A stretch of 32,000 bases of DNA, from the NCBI GenBank assembly GCA_963676105.1, contig OY781039.1, forward strand, positions 90,001 through 122,000, read 5' to 3'. How positions within the stretch are numbered: the stretch's first letter is position 1; every line of letters starts with the position of its first letter. The notes beneath the pieces were generated by a model, which was not told the origin of the DNA, did not search any database, and was given only the letters and a program-made list of their open reading frames with translations. Source of the stretch: Erysipelotrichaceae bacterium (lineage in GTDB: Bacteria > Bacillota_I > Bacilli_A > Erysipelotrichales > Erysipelotrichaceae). Of the stretch, positions 17,334 to 27,136 are shown piece after piece. The position numbers and the translations under genes were made by a program.

Positions 17334-18625
17334 AAATAGGTTTAGTATCTTTAGGTTGTAGTAAAAATTTAGTTGATTCAGAAAACATACTCGGCTGGTT
17401 TAAATCCAATGATCATACTGTGGTCACTGATTTAAGTTTGGCCGATGTTTTAGTGGTAAACACATGTGGTTTTATTGAACCTGCCAAAAAGGAAAGTATT
17501 GATACCATATTAGATGTATCAAAATACAAAGAAAAAAATGCCAAGTCACTCATTGTGACAGGATGTTTAGTACAACGTTATTATGATGATTTAAAAGAAT
17601 CGCTTCCTGAAGTGGATGCATTTGTGAGAATTCAAGATTATCCCCATTTAGGTGAGATCTTAGATCCAATATTAGGTACTGAAAGCAAAGTTGTTTATGG
17701 TAAACATGAACGTTTAGTTTCGACCCTTAAACATTCTGCTTATTTGAAAATTGCCGAAGGTTGTTCAAACCGTTGTAGTTATTGTGCGATTCCACTGATT
17801 CGTGGTGATATGGATTCTTATCCAGTTGATCGTCTAGTTAAACAAGCACAGAAATTGGTTGATGATGGTGCGAAAGAATTAGTGCTCATTGCTCAAGATA
17901 CCTCTCGTTATGGAGAAGAGCAGGGTTCAAATCAACTCGTTGAACTCTTAGAAAAAATTAATGAAATCGAAAGTTTAGTTTGGATTAGACTCCTTTATTT
18001 ATATCCTAATGCGATGACGCCAAGTTTACTTGATGGAATGAAGCGCTTAGATAAAGTTGTGCCTTATTTTGATGTGCCAATTCAACATGCTGATAATACA
18101 CTCCTTAAAAATATGTTTAGAAAAGGGACTGCTGAAGATAATGCAGATGCGATTAAACGCATTCGTTCACAATTTGACGCTGCAGTACTTCGAACAACAG
18201 TTATTGTTGGTTTTCCTGGTGAAACTGAGGAGCAATTTCAGACATTATTAAACTTTATTGAGGAAAATGAATTTGATCGTTTGGGGGCTTTTACCTATTC
18301 ACCAGAAGATGATACAGTTGCCAATGACATGGAAGATGATGTTCCACAAGATGTTAAAGAGGATCGATTACATCGACTTATGCAGGTGCAATCAGCCATA
18401 TCAGATCGTTTGATGCAAAAACAAGTGGGAAAAGTATATAGAACTCTCATTGAAGCGCGGGAATCTAAATCAGCTATTTATCACGGTAGAACCTATGCGA
18501 TGGCACCAGATGATGTTGATGGTGAATTATTATTTAGTAGTGAAAAAGTTCATAAGATTGGAGACTTTGTTGATGTCATGATTGATGAAGTTGAAGGTTT
18601 TGATTTAAAAGGACATGTTGTGTGA
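17330..18625 (+). CDS. rimO: Ribosomal protein S12 methylthiotransferase (radical SAM, MiaB family)
   Basis: The N-terminus KIGLVSLGCSKNLVDSE is typical of RimO. Radical-SAM motif CSNRCSYCAIP and a C-terminal TRAM domain. The TTG start overlaps the upstream TGA. Confidence 0.88.
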   Translation: MKIGLVSLGCSKNLVDSENILGWFKSNDHTVVTDLSLADVLVVNTCGFIEPAKKESIDTILDVSKYKEKNAKSLIVTGCLVQRYYDDLKESLPEVDAFVRIQDYPHLGEILDPILGTESKVVYGKHERLVSTLKHSAYLKIAEGCSNRCSYCAIPLIRGDMDSYPVDRLVKQAQKLVDDGAKELVLIAQDTSRYGEEQGSNQLVELLEKINEIESLVWIRLLYLYPNAMTPSLLDGMKRLDKVVPYFDVPIQHADNTLLKNMFRKGTAEDNADAIKRIRSQFDAAVLRTTVIVGFPGETEEQFQTLLNFIEENEFDRLGAFTYSPEDDTVANDMEDDVPQDVKEDRLHRLMQVQSAISDRLMQKQVGKVYRTLIEARESKSAIYHGRTYAMAPDDVDGELLFSSEKVHKIGDFVDVMIDEVEGFDLKGHVV

Positions 18626-19662
18626 AAAAAATAAGTTTACTGATCCTTTCAGTTTTAATCATGCTGATGATTGTGTTTTTTAAACCCATACAAATAGAAG
18701 TCTATAAAGTGTTATATCCCAATTATCTAGACTTATTAGATAAAGGATATACACATGATGAAATTAAATTATTTAATGTAGAACTCAGTGAAGGAGAATA
18801 TTCTCTTATTCTTCAACTTGATTATGCGAGTGATATTGTCAAACAAGTGTCAGATCCAGACTATCTTAATCTAAGACAAAAAAATTATACAGACACTGAA
18901 GTTGAAACGATTCTAGAATTAGATAGTTCTTTAGTTCAGTTTTATTTAGATCATGATAATTTAAGTGATCAAAAAGATCTACTTCAACATCCTTATTTTG
19001 TCTTAGATCGATATGAAAGATATATAAATTATCAAAATAATCATCAAGATGCAGATTTAACAAGTATCATTCGTTTAGTTAATACGAATCGAGATTATGA
19101 ACTCTATAGTCATATTGAAGTCGCAGATACTTCTATTCAAACAGAAGTTTTAGTGAATAAATACTATCAATTGCCAAGTGATTATGTGCCTGATTTAGAA
19201 GAAACTTATTTAGGTTTTATGATGCAGGAAGAGGCAGCTCGTGCTTTAGACTCAATGATTGAAGCAATGTTAGGACTTGGCTTAGATATTAGCATTTCTA
19301 ATTCCTATAGACCGTATGTGATGCAAGAAAGAATTTATAACACCTATTTAGAGACGCAGCCACAATCAATTGTAGATACCTATTCAGCACGACCTGGGCA
19401 TTCAGAACATCAGGCAGGTCTAGCGGTAGACTTTAAAACACAAGCAACTGGTATTATTGACTTTGGGGGAAGTGAAGCCTATACTTGGCTAAAAGAAAAT
19501 GCCCATATTTATGGATTCATTCAGCGTTATACTGAGGAGAATTCCATCTATACGGGCTATAAAGCAGAAGAATGGCACTATCGATATGTAGGTGCAGACT
19601 TAGCTTTGATTATTCACGATACACAATTATCTTTAGAAGAAGTATTGTTGCTATACCGCTAA
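18622..19662 (+). CDS. Membrane-anchored D-alanyl-D-alanine carboxypeptidase family protein (VanY-like, peptidase M15B)
   Basis: N-terminal TM helix. M15B motifs SYRPY, SEHQAGLAVDF and EEWHYRYVG. The GTG start overlaps the rimO stop. Confidence 0.85.
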   Translation: MKKISLLILSVLIMLMIVFFKPIQIEVYKVLYPNYLDLLDKGYTHDEIKLFNVELSEGEYSLILQLDYASDIVKQVSDPDYLNLRQKNYTDTEVETILELDSSLVQFYLDHDNLSDQKDLLQHPYFVLDRYERYINYQNNHQDADLTSIIRLVNTNRDYELYSHIEVADTSIQTEVLVNKYYQLPSDYVPDLEETYLGFMMQEEAARALDSMIEAMLGLGLDISISNSYRPYVMQERIYNTYLETQPQSIVDTYSARPGHSEHQAGLAVDFKTQATGIIDFGGSEAYTWLKENAHIYGFIQRYTEENSIYTGYKAEEWHYRYVGADLALIIHDTQLSLEEVLLLYR

Positions 19663-21453
19663 TAGTTTTTCAAGTTCATCTAAGCGTTGACCAAAGAGTT
19701 TCAACGCTTTTTTAATGGCTTCATCCTTAGACATATCAACGCCAGCCACCTTTAGTGCTTCAATTGGTTTTAATGAAGAACCTGATTTTAAGAAACTTAT
19801 ATAGTTTTCAACTGCGCGTGGACCGTCATTTAAGATTTTTTCACTTAAGGTAGAAGCAGCTGAGAAACCAGTCGCATATTGATAAACATAGTAGTTGTAA
19901 TAGAAATGAGGGATACGAGCCCATTCATATTTAATCTCATCAGAATAGCTAACTCCTTCACCATAGTAGCGACGGTTCATTTCATCATACTTTTCAGAGA
20001 GTAGTTCGTTGGTTAAAGCAGTTCCTTCTTGATCTAGTTGATGAATAAGATGTTCGAATTCAGCAAATTGAGTTTGACGATATACAGTTCCTTTAACCCC
20101 ATCACAATAATGGTTTAATAGATAAGCTTTTACTTTTGGATCTTCAGTAGTTTCAAGTAAATAAGCTGTGAGTAAATTCTCATTGGTGGTAGATGCAACT
20201 TCCGCTACAAAAATGGAATAATCACCATAAATAAATGGCTGATTTTTACGTGAATAATAAGAATGCATGGAATGACCTAGTTCATGAGCTAGTGTATATA
20301 GATTATCTAAATTGTCTTGCCAGTTAAGCAGTACATATGGATTGCTGGTATAACAGCCACTAGAATAGGCACCAGAGCGTTTTCCCTTGTTTTCCATGAC
20401 ATCTATCCATCGTGAATCAAATGCTTCTTGTATGCCTTTTAAATAAGCATCGCCTAAAGGTTTGAAAGCCTCAAGGATAATCTCTTTTGATTGTTCATAA
20501 GTATATTCAAGATCTAAATCAGATACCATTGGTACATAAAGGTCATACATCGTGATTTCGTCGAGTTTAAGCGCTTTTTTACGTAGTTCAACCCATTTAT
20601 GTAGTTTTGGAAGTTCATCGTTTACAGCGCTTACTAATGCATCATACACAGATTCTGGAATATGATTAGAGAAAAGGGCAGCCTCACGTGCTGATTTAAA
20701 GTTACGAACACTTGCGCTAAAGTTATGGCGTTTAACATTATGAGATAAAGTAGAAGCAAAGGTATTCGCATGCGCTTTAAAACTATCATACATATTTTCA
20801 AAAGCTTGTTTGCGAATATTGCGATCACTACTTTCAAGATATAAGCCATATCTTCCGTGTGATAGAGGTAGTTCCTCACCTTTATCATCAATTACAGATT
20901 TAAAAGTTAAATCAGCATTATTTAAAACACCAAAGGTATTTGATGATGCATTAAATACATCAGATGCTAAGGCTAATAGCTTTTCTTCTTTATCGGATAA
21001 GATATGTGCCTTTCTTTCAAATAAGTGATTGAATTCTGTTTCATAGATACTTAGGCGATCATCTTCTAAATAACCACGAATAACATCTTCTTTGGCTTTT
21101 AAAATTGAAGTATCCATAAAAGACAAAGCAGCCGCAACTTTAGAATATAAAGCCATCGCACGTGCATTGAGCGCTTGATAAGTTGCATTTGCGGTATCTT
21201 GATCACTTTTTAAATGCGAATAGACATATAAGTTTTCAATTTTCATTAGAAGGGTATTGCGATCTTCTAAAGCATTGAAGAGCGAGTCGGCACTTTTAGT
21301 GAGGGTTTTTTCGTGTTTAGAAAAACTTTCGACTAGTTTTTCAACATCTTTAAATGAAGCTTCAAACGCCTCATCATCTTTAAACATCGGACTTAAATCC
21401 CATGTGAGTTCAGTTGGAATTTCTGAACGGAGTGGTACTTTTTTATTTGACAT
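19651..21453 (-). CDS. pepF: Oligoendopeptidase F (peptidase M3B)
   Basis: 600 aa with the zinc motif HELGHSMH and M3B-typical N- and C-terminal regions. SD AGGAGA upstream. Confidence 0.92.
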   Translation of the reverse strand: MSNKKVPLRSEIPTELTWDLSPMFKDDEAFEASFKDVEKLVESFSKHEKTLTKSADSLFNALEDRNTLLMKIENLYVYSHLKSDQDTANATYQALNARAMALYSKVAAALSFMDTSILKAKEDVIRGYLEDDRLSIYETEFNHLFERKAHILSDKEEKLLALASDVFNASSNTFGVLNNADLTFKSVIDDKGEELPLSHGRYGLYLESSDRNIRKQAFENMYDSFKAHANTFASTLSHNVKRHNFSASVRNFKSAREAALFSNHIPESVYDALVSAVNDELPKLHKWVELRKKALKLDEITMYDLYVPMVSDLDLEYTYEQSKEIILEAFKPLGDAYLKGIQEAFDSRWIDVMENKGKRSGAYSSGCYTSNPYVLLNWQDNLDNLYTLAHELGHSMHSYYSRKNQPFIYGDYSIFVAEVASTTNENLLTAYLLETTEDPKVKAYLLNHYCDGVKGTVYRQTQFAEFEHLIHQLDQEGTALTNELLSEKYDEMNRRYYGEGVSYSDEIKYEWARIPHFYYNYYVYQYATGFSAASTLSEKILNDGPRAVENYISFLKSGSSLKPIEALKVAGVDMSKDEAIKKALKLFGQRLDELEKLLAV

Positions 21454-21503
21454 GTAAAATTCTCCTGTACGTCTATTATAAAGAACTTTATTTTTTATGC
21501 ATT

Positions 21504-21528
21504 AAAAAAGACTTCACAGAGGAAGTCT
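21504..21528 (-). terminator. Rho-independent terminator of the lysine/DAP operon
   Basis: The minus strand reads AGACTTC-ctctgt-GAAGTCT followed by T5. The stem overlaps the dapL stop codon. Confidence 0.7.
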
Positions 21529-22648
21529 ATCTAACAAATGTATCAATAATTCTTTGATAATATTCGACCCCTGTTTCAAGAGATCTTTCATCTAAATTAA
21601 ATTTCGCATGATGCAGTGGATAATCACCTGTACCATAACCATTAATACCTACCATCGCAAAAAATCCTGGAATAGCTTTTTGGTAGAAACTAAAGTCTTC
21701 TGCAAACATCATGGGTTTAAGGTATACAACATCATTTGGATTTAATGCTACATTTACCTTTTCAAATAAATCATGTGGATTAATGACTGGTGGGTAAGTC
21801 CGTTTGATATCAGCACTTACTTTGACATTAAACATTTGTTCAATACCAGAATTGATTTCAGCTAAACGTTTTTCAGCAATTTCAAAGACGTCTTCTGAGA
21901 AAGCACGGATAGTACCTGTCATTTTGACCTGACCTGCTAAGACATTTTGTGCCTCACCACCTTCAATCGTCCCAATCGTTAAGACACAGGTATCTAATGG
22001 ATTAAGTGTTCTAGAGACAATTGATTGATAAGCTTGAATTAAATGGGTACTTGCGAGAATCGCATCGATACCATCTTGAGGTGCTGCCGCATGAGCGCTT
22101 TTTCCTTCAACAGTAATGATTAACTCATCAGATGATGCCATCATTGGTCCATCTACTAAGGCAATTTTTCCACTTTCTACACCATGATAGACATGCAGAC
22201 CAAAGATTGCCTCAACATCATAGTCATTAAACAATCCTTCTTCAACAAGAACACGTGCACCACCTGGTCCTTCTTCACCAGGTTGAAAGACAAAGAGCAC
22301 TGATTTATTTAAATCTTCATCTTTAAGTTCATAGGCTAAACGTAAGACCATACTCATATGGGCATCGTGGCCACAAGCATGCATACAGCCTTTATGTTTA
22401 GATACAAAGTCTACGCCACTGTTTTCAGGAATGGGTAACGCATCAGTATCTGATCTAAAGGCAATTGCTTGATTCACTTTGCCTTGTTTAAAAGCAATCA
22501 CAGCTGTTTTGGCATAACGTTTTGTTTGATAGCCAAACGACTGTAATTGTTTTTCGAGATACTGTGCCGTTAACTCACATTCAAGTCCAAGTTCTGGAAT
22601 TTGATGTAGTGCACGACGATGCTTTGTTAAGAAATCTAAACGAGTCAT
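21527..22648 (-). CDS. dapL: M20D amidohydrolase; by context N-acetyl-diaminopimelate deacetylase
   Basis: HQIPELG, ACGHDAH and PGEEG motifs of the M20 amidohydrolases. Its start shares one nt with the dapH stop, as in the B. subtilis ykuQ-ykuR pair. Confidence 0.75.
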   Translation of the reverse strand: MTRLDFLTKHRRALHQIPELGLECELTAQYLEKQLQSFGYQTKRYAKTAVIAFKQGKVNQAIAFRSDTDALPIPENSGVDFVSKHKGCMHACGHDAHMSMVLRLAYELKDEDLNKSVLFVFQPGEEGPGGARVLVEEGLFNDYDVEAIFGLHVYHGVESGKIALVDGPMMASSDELIITVEGKSAHAAAPQDGIDAILASTHLIQAYQSIVSRTLNPLDTCVLTIGTIEGGEAQNVLAGQVKMTGTIRAFSEDVFEIAEKRLAEINSGIEQMFNVKVSADIKRTYPPVINPHDLFEKVNVALNPNDVVYLKPMMFAEDFSFYQKAIPGFFAMVGINGYGTGDYPLHHAKFNLDERSLETGVEYYQRIIDTFVR

Positions 22649-23349
22649 TATCGTAAGTCCTGTAAAATCTCCGTTTTAGCTTTAGTTTTTTCATCAGACC
22701 ATTTAACAAATTTAGCAGGGGATCCCGCAACAACTGCATATGGTTCAACATCTTGTGTAACGATTGCGCCAGCCGCAACAACTGCATGATGGCCAACTTT
22801 AACACCTTCTAAAATAACTGCATTTGCGCCAACTAAGGCATGATCTTCAACAATAACTGGTGTTTTGCTTGGTGGTTCTAAGACTCCTGCAACCACGGCT
22901 CCTGCCCCAATGTGACAGTATTTTCCAATGGTACCACGAGCACCAACAACCGCACCCATGTCAATCATCGTACCTTCACCAATGTAAGCACCAATGTTGA
23001 TTACAGCACCCATCATAACGACAACACTTTTTTCAATCACAACGTGTTCTCTGATAAATGAGCCTGGTTCAATACGGGCATCAATATAGCGAGTATCTAA
23101 TAGTGGGATTGCAGAGTTTCTGCGGTCATATGATAGATGTTGAGCGCTTACTTTATCCCCTAAATCTTTAAGTAATTGGTCAACGACATCAACATTTGCA
23201 TAAATAATACGGAATGAATCTGAACCAAAAGCATTTATGCCTTTGAAATCTTCATCGGTAAATGTTCCTTGAATAGTCAAGGTAATTGGGGTTTGTTTTT
23301 CTGCTTTTTTAATAAAAGCAGCTATCTCATATGGATCTGTAAAATTCAT
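22648..23349 (-). CDS. dapH: 2,3,4,5-tetrahydropyridine-2,6-dicarboxylate N-acetyltransferase
   Basis: DRRNSAIPLLD...ARIEPG...GEGTMIDM...CHIGAGAV.AGV.EPPS is very close to B. subtilis DapH/YkuQ as I recall it (hexapeptide repeats). AAGGAG supports ATG 23349 rather than the track start 23385. Confidence 0.9.
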   Translation of the reverse strand: MNFTDPYEIAAFIKKAEKQTPITLTIQGTFTDEDFKGINAFGSDSFRIIYANVDVVDQLLKDLGDKVSAQHLSYDRRNSAIPLLDTRYIDARIEPGSFIREHVVIEKSVVVMMGAVINIGAYIGEGTMIDMGAVVGARGTIGKYCHIGAGAVVAGVLEPPSKTPVIVEDHALVGANAVILEGVKVGHHAVVAAGAIVTQDVEPYAVVAGSPAKFVKWSDEKTKAKTEILQDLR

Positions 23350-23353
23350 TTCT

Positions 23354-24010
23354 CTATTCTCCTTTAAATAAATCATCCATGCCATAATAACCTGGCTTTT
23401 GTGCAGCTAAGAATGCAGCCGCATTAAGTGCGCCGTGGGCAAAGATTTCACGACTTTGTGCTTTGTGAGTAATCTCGATACGTTCTTGATCATAACCAAA
23501 GATAACACTGTGATCTCCAACCACTGTTCCAAGTCTTAATGAAGAAGTTGGAATATCACCACCTAAGACAGTCGCTAGTTCTTTAGCGGTGCCAGATGGG
23601 GCATCTTTTTTGCGATTATGGTGAATATCGATGATTTCAATATCTACTGTATCACTTAATTCTTGTGCATATTTAATGAGTTTTTTTAAACGATGTACAC
23701 CTAAAGAAAAGTTAGCACTGACAAAGACAGGAATTTCTTTTGACGCATCTTCTAATCTCTGTTTGATTCTTTCGTCATAACCGGTTGCGGCAACGACTAA
23801 TGGTTTTTTATTTCTCAGCGCAAAATCAATGGTTTTATCCATAATACTTGCGGTGGAGAAATCGATAATCGCATCTCCATCAAAATCTGAGTTAAAATCT
23901 AATTCACTATTTGATTGGTCAATTCCAACCATTTCATAGCCTTTTGAAGTTCCAATGTTTCTAACAATGGTCCCCATATGTCCATTACTTCCTACGACAC
24001 AAAATTTCAT
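23354..24010 (-). CDS. dapB: 4-hydroxy-tetrahydrodipicolinate reductase (short form, ~218 aa)
   Basis: N-terminal VVGSNGHMG (Rossmann fold), HHNRKKDAPSGTA and EITHKAQSREIFAHGALNAA. AAGGAG at 24016-24021 supports ATG 24010, which overlaps the dapA stop (ATGA). Confidence 0.88.
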   Translation of the reverse strand: MKFCVVGSNGHMGTIVRNIGTSKGYEMVGIDQSNSELDFNSDFDGDAIIDFSTASIMDKTIDFALRNKKPLVVAATGYDERIKQRLEDASKEIPVFVSANFSLGVHRLKKLIKYAQELSDTVDIEIIDIHHNRKKDAPSGTAKELATVLGGDIPTSSLRLGTVVGDHSVIFGYDQERIEITHKAQSREIFAHGALNAAAFLAAQKPGYYGMDDLFKGE

Positions 24011-24894
24011 ATACACTCCTTTACAAGTCCTTGTCCTTTAAGTACGCAGACTAAACTCTTTCTATTATCCTCTTCCATCTCTACTAATGGTAGTCTTGTG
24101 ATTCCAACTTCTCTACCCATTGCGTTTAAAGCGACTTTTACACCAACTGGGTTGGTTTCAATAAAGAGCGCTTTATGTAAAGGCAGAAGTCTTTGGTGAA
24201 TCTTTTTAGCTTCAGCTAGTTTCCCATCTAATGCAAGACTACATTGTTCAGCAAGTAGACTTGGCACCACGTTTGCGGTAACTGAAATAATTCCATCCGC
24301 ACCCATTTCTAAACATTCTTGGTTTTGATCATCATTACCACAATAAACACCAAAGCCGTCAGGTGCACCATCAATAATTGCTTTAATTTGTTCAGAATTA
24401 TGACTGGCTTCTTTCACACCTACAATCCATTTATTTTGAGCACAAGCTAATATCGTTTCTGCTTCCATGTTTAAACTTGTACGACCTGGTACATTATAGA
24501 TGATCGCAGGCATTTCAACGGTATCAACAATTTTGGTGAAGTGGGCAATTAAGCCACGTTGTTGAGGTTTGTTGTAGTAAGGAACTACAAGGAGTAGTCC
24601 ATCATAACCAAAGTCTTTGATTTTTAATGAACGTTCAATCGAATCAGCTGTACAGTTATCACCTGTATTGGCAACTAAAACAATACGACCTTTAGCTTGA
24701 TCCGCAACTGTTTTCCAGACCAATATTTTTTCATCTTCAGTCATGGTCGCGTTTTCACCAGTCGTGCCTAAAACAATTAATGCTTTTGTGCCTTCTTGAA
24801 TATGCCATTCAACCATTTCTTTTAGTTTTTCGATATCAACTCCGTTTTCTGTAAATGGGGTAATAATCGCAACCCCTGATCCTTGAAATAACAT
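24007..24894 (-). CDS. dapA: 4-hydroxy-tetrahydrodipicolinate synthase
   Basis: 295 aa with GTTGE, YNVPGRT, VGVKEAS motifs. Confidence 0.92.
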   Translation of the reverse strand: MLFQGSGVAIITPFTENGVDIEKLKEMVEWHIQEGTKALIVLGTTGENATMTEDEKILVWKTVADQAKGRIVLVANTGDNCTADSIERSLKIKDFGYDGLLLVVPYYNKPQQRGLIAHFTKIVDTVEMPAIIYNVPGRTSLNMEAETILACAQNKWIVGVKEASHNSEQIKAIIDGAPDGFGVYCGNDDQNQECLEMGADGIISVTANVVPSLLAEQCSLALDGKLAEAKKIHQRLLPLHKALFIETNPVGVKVALNAMGREVGITRLPLVEMEEDNRKSLVCVLKGQGLVKECI

Positions 24895-25689
24895 CTAATT
24901 TCCTCCGATTTCTATATCTGCAATTTTTTTAGCTGGGCCAAATAAATTGACTATTTGATCATCTAAGTGAACCCTGCAGGTTCCACCAGGTGCACTGATA
25001 CTTACTTCTTTGTTGACTAATCCTTCTTTGATTGCGACATAAGCACTGGCACTTATACCTGTTCCACAAGCGAGTGTCCAACCAGCTCCGCGCTCGTGCG
25101 TTCTAACTTCAATTTTATCTTTTGAATGAATTTTTACAAAGTTTACATTGATATCTTGAGGGAAACACGCATCGCTTGTGATCATGGGACCTAAGACTTC
25201 GATATTATCATAATCTTCAACAAAGATAACCGCATGTAGTGTTCCCAGATGAAGGGTATGTATCATTAAGTTAGTACTTTCGTGATTCCATTGAATGACA
25301 TCACCTGGACATAGTGTTTCGGTATCATTGAGTGATCTTGGAAGCATAAGCCCTAACTCAATCCACTTACTTTCTTCATCAAATCTAACGTTTATATCAC
25401 CCGCATCGGTTTCTACACAAAACTCATTTTTATCTAAAATCTTTTCGTCTAAGACAAAGCGTGTGAAACAGCGCAAGCCATTTCCACACATTTTGGCGGG
25501 GCTACCATCTGAATTGAGATATTTCATTTTAATATCAGCGTGTTCTGATTTTTCAGTCCACATTACGCCGTCAGCACCTATGCCAAAGTGACGATCACAA
25601 ACTGATTTTGCGAATGCTTCAGCATTGTCTGGTTTTGTGCTTAAGAGGATGAAATCATTTCCACAGCCGTGGTATTTTGCGCATCTCAT
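24895..25689 (-). CDS. dapF: Diaminopimelate epimerase
   Basis: YHGCGNDF, catalytic MCGNG and the second Cys motif ACGTG. 264 aa. Confidence 0.9.
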   Translation of the reverse strand: MRCAKYHGCGNDFILLSTKPDNAEAFAKSVCDRHFGIGADGVMWTEKSEHADIKMKYLNSDGSPAKMCGNGLRCFTRFVLDEKILDKNEFCVETDAGDINVRFDEESKWIELGLMLPRSLNDTETLCPGDVIQWNHESTNLMIHTLHLGTLHAVIFVEDYDNIEVLGPMITSDACFPQDINVNFVKIHSKDKIEVRTHERGAGWTLACGTGISASAYVAIKEGLVNKEVSISAPGGTCRVHLDDQIVNLFGPAKKIADIEIGGN

Positions 25690-26888
25690 AGGTTAAAGTC
25701 TGAAGCCAGTGAGACCATGGCTTTCTCTTTATATTTTTTATCCATCGTATAACTAATACTGATTTCTGATGTGGAAACGAGTTTGAATTCAATACCTTCT
25801 TGTAGGAATAAATCAAAGACATTGGCCGCAACCCCACTTTGAGTACGCATACCTTCGCCAACGATTGAAACTTTAACGTTATCTGTATCTAAGTTATATT
25901 CAATTTGATTATCTTCATTTTTGAGTTCATTTAAGATTTTTTCTACAGAACTTTGATCATTTTTTGAAGTTGTAAAAGAGATATTAACAAAATGATCAGT
26001 GGTGATACTTTGGGTGATGACATCAACGTTAACTTCATTTTCAGCTAAAAGTTTAAATAAATGAGCACTCACAATACCTTTATTGACTTTTGCCTCAATA
26101 CTCACTAAAACAACATCATCAATGGCTGTTACGCCGCTTACACTTTTTTGTTCCATATTGCTTTTCTCCTTAATCCAAGTACCAACTTCATCTGAGTGGG
26201 CACTACCTACATAAATATTGACGCCATATCGTTGGCCAATTTCAATCGAACGAGGTTCCATGATTTTAGCCCCTAAGAAGGCCATTTCCTTCATTTCATC
26301 ATAAGATATTTCAGTGATTTGCTTAGCTTGTGGATAAATTCTAGGATCGATTCCATAGATACCACTAACATCGGTATAAATTTCCACATCACATCCAATC
26401 GCTGCACCTAAGGCAACCGCACTAGTATCAGAGCCACCACGCCCTAAGGTTGTGATGTCACCAAATTCATTAATCCCTTGAAAGCCGGCAACAACAACGA
26501 CTTTGTTTTGATCGAGTTGTTCAACGATGCGTTTTGGATCAATTGAATTAATTTTATTTTTAGTATGTAAACCATGCGTCAGAATACCTGCTTGCGCACC
26601 TGTTAAGCCAATCGCATCTACCCCTAACTCATCAAGAGCCATCGTCATCAGTGATACTGTGACTTGTTCACCCGTTGATAGAAGCATATCCATTTCACGT
26701 TTTTTAGGTGTTTTAGATATTTGATTCGCTAAGTCTATTAAGCCGTTGGTTGATTTTCCCATCGCTGATACAACAATAACTAATTTAAAACCTTCAGCTT
26801 GACGCTTTTGTATACGTAAAGCTAAAGCTTGTATTTTTTCAACTGTTGCGACGGATGATCCGCCAAATTTCATAACACGTGTTTGCAT
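25686..26888 (-). CDS. lysC: Aspartate kinase (monofunctional, with C-terminal ACT domains)
   Basis: KFGGSSV, VVSAMG.T, GRGGSDTSA and a C-terminal ACT pair. ATGA overlap with dapF. Preceded by an L-box. Confidence 0.92.
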   Translation of the reverse strand: MQTRVMKFGGSSVATVEKIQALALRIQKRQAEGFKLVIVVSAMGKSTNGLIDLANQISKTPKKREMDMLLSTGEQVTVSLMTMALDELGVDAIGLTGAQAGILTHGLHTKNKINSIDPKRIVEQLDQNKVVVVAGFQGINEFGDITTLGRGGSDTSAVALGAAIGCDVEIYTDVSGIYGIDPRIYPQAKQITEISYDEMKEMAFLGAKIMEPRSIEIGQRYGVNIYVGSAHSDEVGTWIKEKSNMEQKSVSGVTAIDDVVLVSIEAKVNKGIVSAHLFKLLAENEVNVDVITQSITTDHFVNISFTTSKNDQSSVEKILNELKNEDNQIEYNLDTDNVKVSIVGEGMRTQSGVAANVFDLFLQEGIEFKLVSTSEISISYTMDKKYKEKAMVSLASDFNL

Positions 26889-26902
26889 GACTTCCTACCT
26901 TA

Positions 26903-27112
26903 CAAAATAAAAACCACCTGACAAAAGGTCGAGTGGTTGCATGTTTCCTTTTGCCCTTAACCAATAGTGGATATAAGCGCACTTAGAAACAAAGTAGGGC
27001 ACTTTAGTTTCTAAACAGTGATATGTTTGTTCAACATACCCCCAGCATCATTTGACGCTTCGGCGATGATCCCTCATTCAGTTGAACTAATGATCACTCG
27101 CAACCTCTTATA
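26903..27112 (-). promoter_or_regulatory. Lysine riboswitch (L-box) with intrinsic terminator expression platform
   Basis: The minus strand reads AGAGGTTGCGAGTGATCATTAGT...GAGGGATCATCGCCGAAG...GCTGGGGG...CACTGTTTAGAAAC...GTTTCTAAGTGCGC. It is followed by the terminator AACCACTCGAC-CTTTT-GTCAGGTGGTT + TTTTATTTT just before the lysC SD. The core motifs match the B. subtilis lysC leader as I recall it. Confidence 0.85.
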
Positions 27113-27136
27113 ACCGTGGTTGATTCAGTTTTATAA

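Noticed and set aside
16912-19063. Track ORFs 16912..17196 (-), 18057..18251 (+), 18866..19063 (-)
   Set aside because: They are embedded in or antisense to the PHP, rimO and vanY-like genes, with no SD or motifs.
20634-21457. Track ORFs 20634..20891 (-), 20810..21028 (+), 21257..21457 (+) within pepF
   Set aside because: They are alternate-frame or antisense to pepF, with Ser/Leu-rich spurious translations.
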